Part shown: positions 32,940-34,890 of the stretch, one piece after another | Numbering within the stretch: position 1 is the first letter of the stretch | How the letters are laid out: the number at the start of each line of letters is the position of its first letter | IMG/VR virus record: IMGVR_UViG_3300048848_000063 | Coordinates: 1-34,890 of that record | Strand: one strand, 5' to 3' | From: a virus | Lineage: Duplodnaviria; Caudoviricetes | Length of the DNA stretch: 34,890 bases | The notes under the pieces: generated by a model | The model's database searches: none | The model's input: only the letters and a program-made list of their open reading frames with translations | Told to the model about the DNA's origin: nothing | Program-made: the position numbers and the translations under genes

Positions 32940-33381
32940 GCTCGCCGCCGCGGCCGTCGTCGTCATCAAGATGATGTGCGCGACGACGCTGTTCTTCGCA
33001 TTCGTCTTCACTGTCTACGCCATCGGCCCATCGCTGGAGACTCGATACTGGCCGGTCGTGTCCAAGCTGGACGTGCTGTCGATTCGCGAGACCCCAACCG
33101 GCCATACCGCGATCAAGGCCGGCTTCCGCAAGCTGCGTGACTGCGAGTACATCGGCCTCGTCTGGTTCCTCGGCAGCAGGCCGGACGACTTTCAGCGGGT
33201 GTCGGTGATCCTGCAGCGGGAGGCAGGAGACACGTCCAGCCCGAACCGGCCGATCGGCTACCAGAAGGCCGGGCCCTGGATAATCGGCATGTCGCCGGCC
33301 GATCTTAGAGGTAAGAGCTTCGCGCAGCTCGTGCACCGGTGCCATCCTTTCTGGATGACGACCACGGAGTTCTACCCCTAG
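32929..33381 (+). CDS. N-terminally anchored membrane protein of the lysis cassette
   Basis: TTG start with GGGGAGG RBS overlapping the previous gene; a hydrophobic N-terminus followed by a soluble domain with two Cys residues. Confidence 0.68.
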   Translation: MRHKLAAAAVVVIKMMCATTLFFAFVFTVYAIGPSLETRYWPVVSKLDVLSIRETPTGHTAIKAGFRKLRDCEYIGLVWFLGSRPDDFQRVSVILQREAGDTSSPNRPIGYQKAGPWIIGMSPADLRGKSFAQLVHRCHPFWMTTTEFYP

Positions 33382-33538
33382 GTGGCAATTGCGGACCAGG
33401 GAACTATCTTGTGGCACGACATCTTCGAGTATCCCATCACAGAGAAACGCGCTACTTTACCGCGATTCGCCCAGTGCAACTCGAGCCGCGGTCTTTAACT
33501 TGCCTGAAACTGATTCCATATATCTCACCTACGAGCGC

Positions 33539-33600
33539 GCGACTAAAATTCAGTTGCAACGGAACCGGCGCCGTGGAATAGACATTCGATAGGTGTCTAT
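33539..33600 (+). promoter_or_regulatory. Operator-like inverted repeats upstream of hicA
   Basis: GCGACT-AAAATTC-AGTTGC (33539-33557, overlapping a TAAAAT -10-like box) and ATAGACA-N9-TGTCTAT (33578-33600) spanning the RBS and start. Confidence 0.55.
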
Positions 33601-33850
33601 GTCACGCGCAGATCGAGTGCTTCAGGAATTTAAAGCGTGCAGGGGCCCATTCCCATATAGGGAGCTTGTCCGCCTGCTCGGAGCGTTGGGCTATGTGGAT
33701 AAGACGGGCAACGGTGGTTCAGGCCGGAAGTTTGTTCATGAAACAACGAAGCAGATAATCAAATTTCACGAGCCGCATCCCGGGAACGAAATCAAGCCGT
33801 ACTTGGTGCGCCAGATACGTGAGAAGCTGGAAGAGCAAGGTCTAATATGA
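33599..33850 (+). CDS. hicA: HicA-family toxin (mRNA interferase)
   Basis: ELVRLLGALGY...GGSGRKF...FHEPHPGNEIKPYLVRQI; small basic dsRBD-like protein; ATGA overlap with hicB. Confidence 0.9.
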   Translation: MSRADRVLQEFKACRGPFPYRELVRLLGALGYVDKTGNGGSGRKFVHETTKQIIKFHEPHPGNEIKPYLVRQIREKLEEQGLI

Positions 33851-34386
33851 AGAGAACCGTGGAATATAAGGGTTATCAAGCGTCAGTCGAATTCGCTGAT
33901 GATGCCCTGTTCCTAAAAGTGCTGCATATTGACGATCTGCTCATCGTCGAGCTGGATTCGGCTTCTAAAGCACAGAAAGCGCTTGAGGATCTCATAGAAG
34001 GCTACCTGGCGGATTGTGCGGAGGAGGGGCGGCAGCCTGATCCGCAATTCAAAGGCACGCTAAATGTGCGCCTTGGTCCTGACTTGCATAAGCGCGCGGC
34101 AATGAGGGCAGCCTCCGAAGGCCTTAGCTTCAACCGTTGGATATGTGTGGCGGTAGAAGAAAAGCTGGAGTGCGGAAAGCTGTCTGAACGCATTGACGGC
34201 GTTTTCGGGAAGTCGAGAGCTCGTATCGAGGCAGCGGCGCTTAGCAAGTGGGTCGGAGACCATCTTAACGAGTTCTCCTATGGGGTGAAGACGAATATGT
34301 CGCACCGGCATTGGAATTCGCCAAGTATGAACGAAGTGCCTGGACCAGTTGTGGCAGCCATGGTTAAAGCGAAAATGCATGCCTAA
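33847..34386 (+). CDS. hicB: HicB-family antitoxin with a C-terminal extension of about 70 aa
   Basis: EYKGYQASVEF, YLADCAEEGRQP and the RHH FKGTLNVRLGPDLHKRAA...SFN, then an extra tail after about residue 108. Confidence 0.9.
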   Translation: MKRTVEYKGYQASVEFADDALFLKVLHIDDLLIVELDSASKAQKALEDLIEGYLADCAEEGRQPDPQFKGTLNVRLGPDLHKRAAMRAASEGLSFNRWICVAVEEKLECGKLSERIDGVFGKSRARIEAAALSKWVGDHLNEFSYGVKTNMSHRHWNSPSMNEVPGPVVAAMVKAKMHA

Positions 34387-34855
34387 GAAAAAACGCAAGA
34401 CCGCCGCACCTCAAACGATTCTCGCGGGGCTTACGCTTCTTGATATTGATGTTGCGTTCGACCCGGAATTCGAAACTGCAGAGAATCCAGAACTAAATTA
34501 CAACGTAGAAATTACGCCGCCAGAACATGTAAGAGACGACTTGTTCGCCTTCACCACCGAGGTAGTGATCTCGAAGTCGGTTAAAGACGAAGACAATGCT
34601 CGTACGGCCATTCGAGTGTCCTATTTATGCGGCATGCGTGGCCGCGATATGGAAGATAACGACATCGTATCCTACGCGATGAAGTACGCTCAAACGACTG
34701 TATGGGCAAATTTTGCGATGTTGGCGACGATCATCGTGCAGCAAATGGGAGCTCAGTTCCCTATGTTCCCGCCCAATGCACTAACGGTTGTTCTTGGCGA
34801 GGCCGCGGATGATTCAGGCGATGACAACGCCACCCATACTGCTTCCAGCCAATAG
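34379..34855 (+). CDS. SecB-like chaperone (putative TAC chaperone)
   Basis: 158-aa acidic protein overlapping the hicB stop. Four alternating-hydrophobic strands, then a helix and VWANFAMLATIIVQQMGAQFPMFPP, resembling the SecB 'lfPy.R..i..l....gfppl.LP' C-terminal signature. Confidence 0.62.
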   Translation: MPKKKRKTAAPQTILAGLTLLDIDVAFDPEFETAENPELNYNVEITPPEHVRDDLFAFTTEVVISKSVKDEDNARTAIRVSYLCGMRGRDMEDNDIVSYAMKYAQTTVWANFAMLATIIVQQMGAQFPMFPPNALTVVLGEAADDSGDDNATHTASSQ

Positions 34856-34890
34856 CTCGTATAAGTTGGGAGGGGCGGCAGTGCTTTCGG

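Larger units (their letters stand above)
84..34890. mobile_element. Temperate siphovirus-like prophage integrated at tRNA-Met; right end not visible
   Basis: An integrase abuts the tRNA and is followed by immunity, replication, packaging, head, tail and lysis modules in lambdoid order. Confidence 0.95.

Noticed and set aside
33339-33592. ORFs between the lysis cassette and hicA
   Set aside because: They have weak starts and no motifs, and they overlap the predicted hicA promoter and operator.
34780-34890. Possible attR (duplicate of the tRNA-Met 3' end)
   Set aside because: I found no copy of the tRNA 3' half here or elsewhere in the window by eye, so the right boundary is probably outside it.
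1-34890. CRISPR array, diversity-generating retroelement, retron or tail-fibre invertase system
   Set aside because: I saw no regularly spaced repeats, no reverse-transcriptase motifs, no template/variable repeat pair in the tail genes and no second recombinase. This was a by-eye scan, and a self-dotplot would confirm it.

Overview
The window is almost entirely one temperate siphovirus-like prophage, probably from an alphaproteobacterium (Rhizobiales-like; inferred from the tRNA type, high GC and gene families). It is inserted at an elongator tRNA-Met(CAT) gene (51-127). From left to right it holds: a large serine integrase whose last 14 codons run antisense through the tRNA; a leftward antirepressor-to-integrase operon; a cI/cro switch with operators; a DUF1376-type replication gene; early hypothetical genes; a putative late regulator; an Arc/RHH cassette; HNH, a cos-like region and terminase; a fused protease-capsid gene placed before the portal; HK97/lambda-like neck and tail genes with a -1 frameshift chaperone; a tail tip, an SGNH-esterase tailspike and a LamG-like protein; a moron block (tandem FlbD/SwrD-like protein, single-domain response regulator, CtrA-type box, structured RNA candidates); a lysis cassette; and a lower-GC hicA-hicB(extended)-secB-like operon. 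That last operon looks like a toxin-antitoxin-chaperone (TAC) system and is the best candidate for a little-characterised anti-phage system. No attR copy is visible, so the prophage probably continues past the right edge. All family calls come from motifs recognised by eye, not from database searches.
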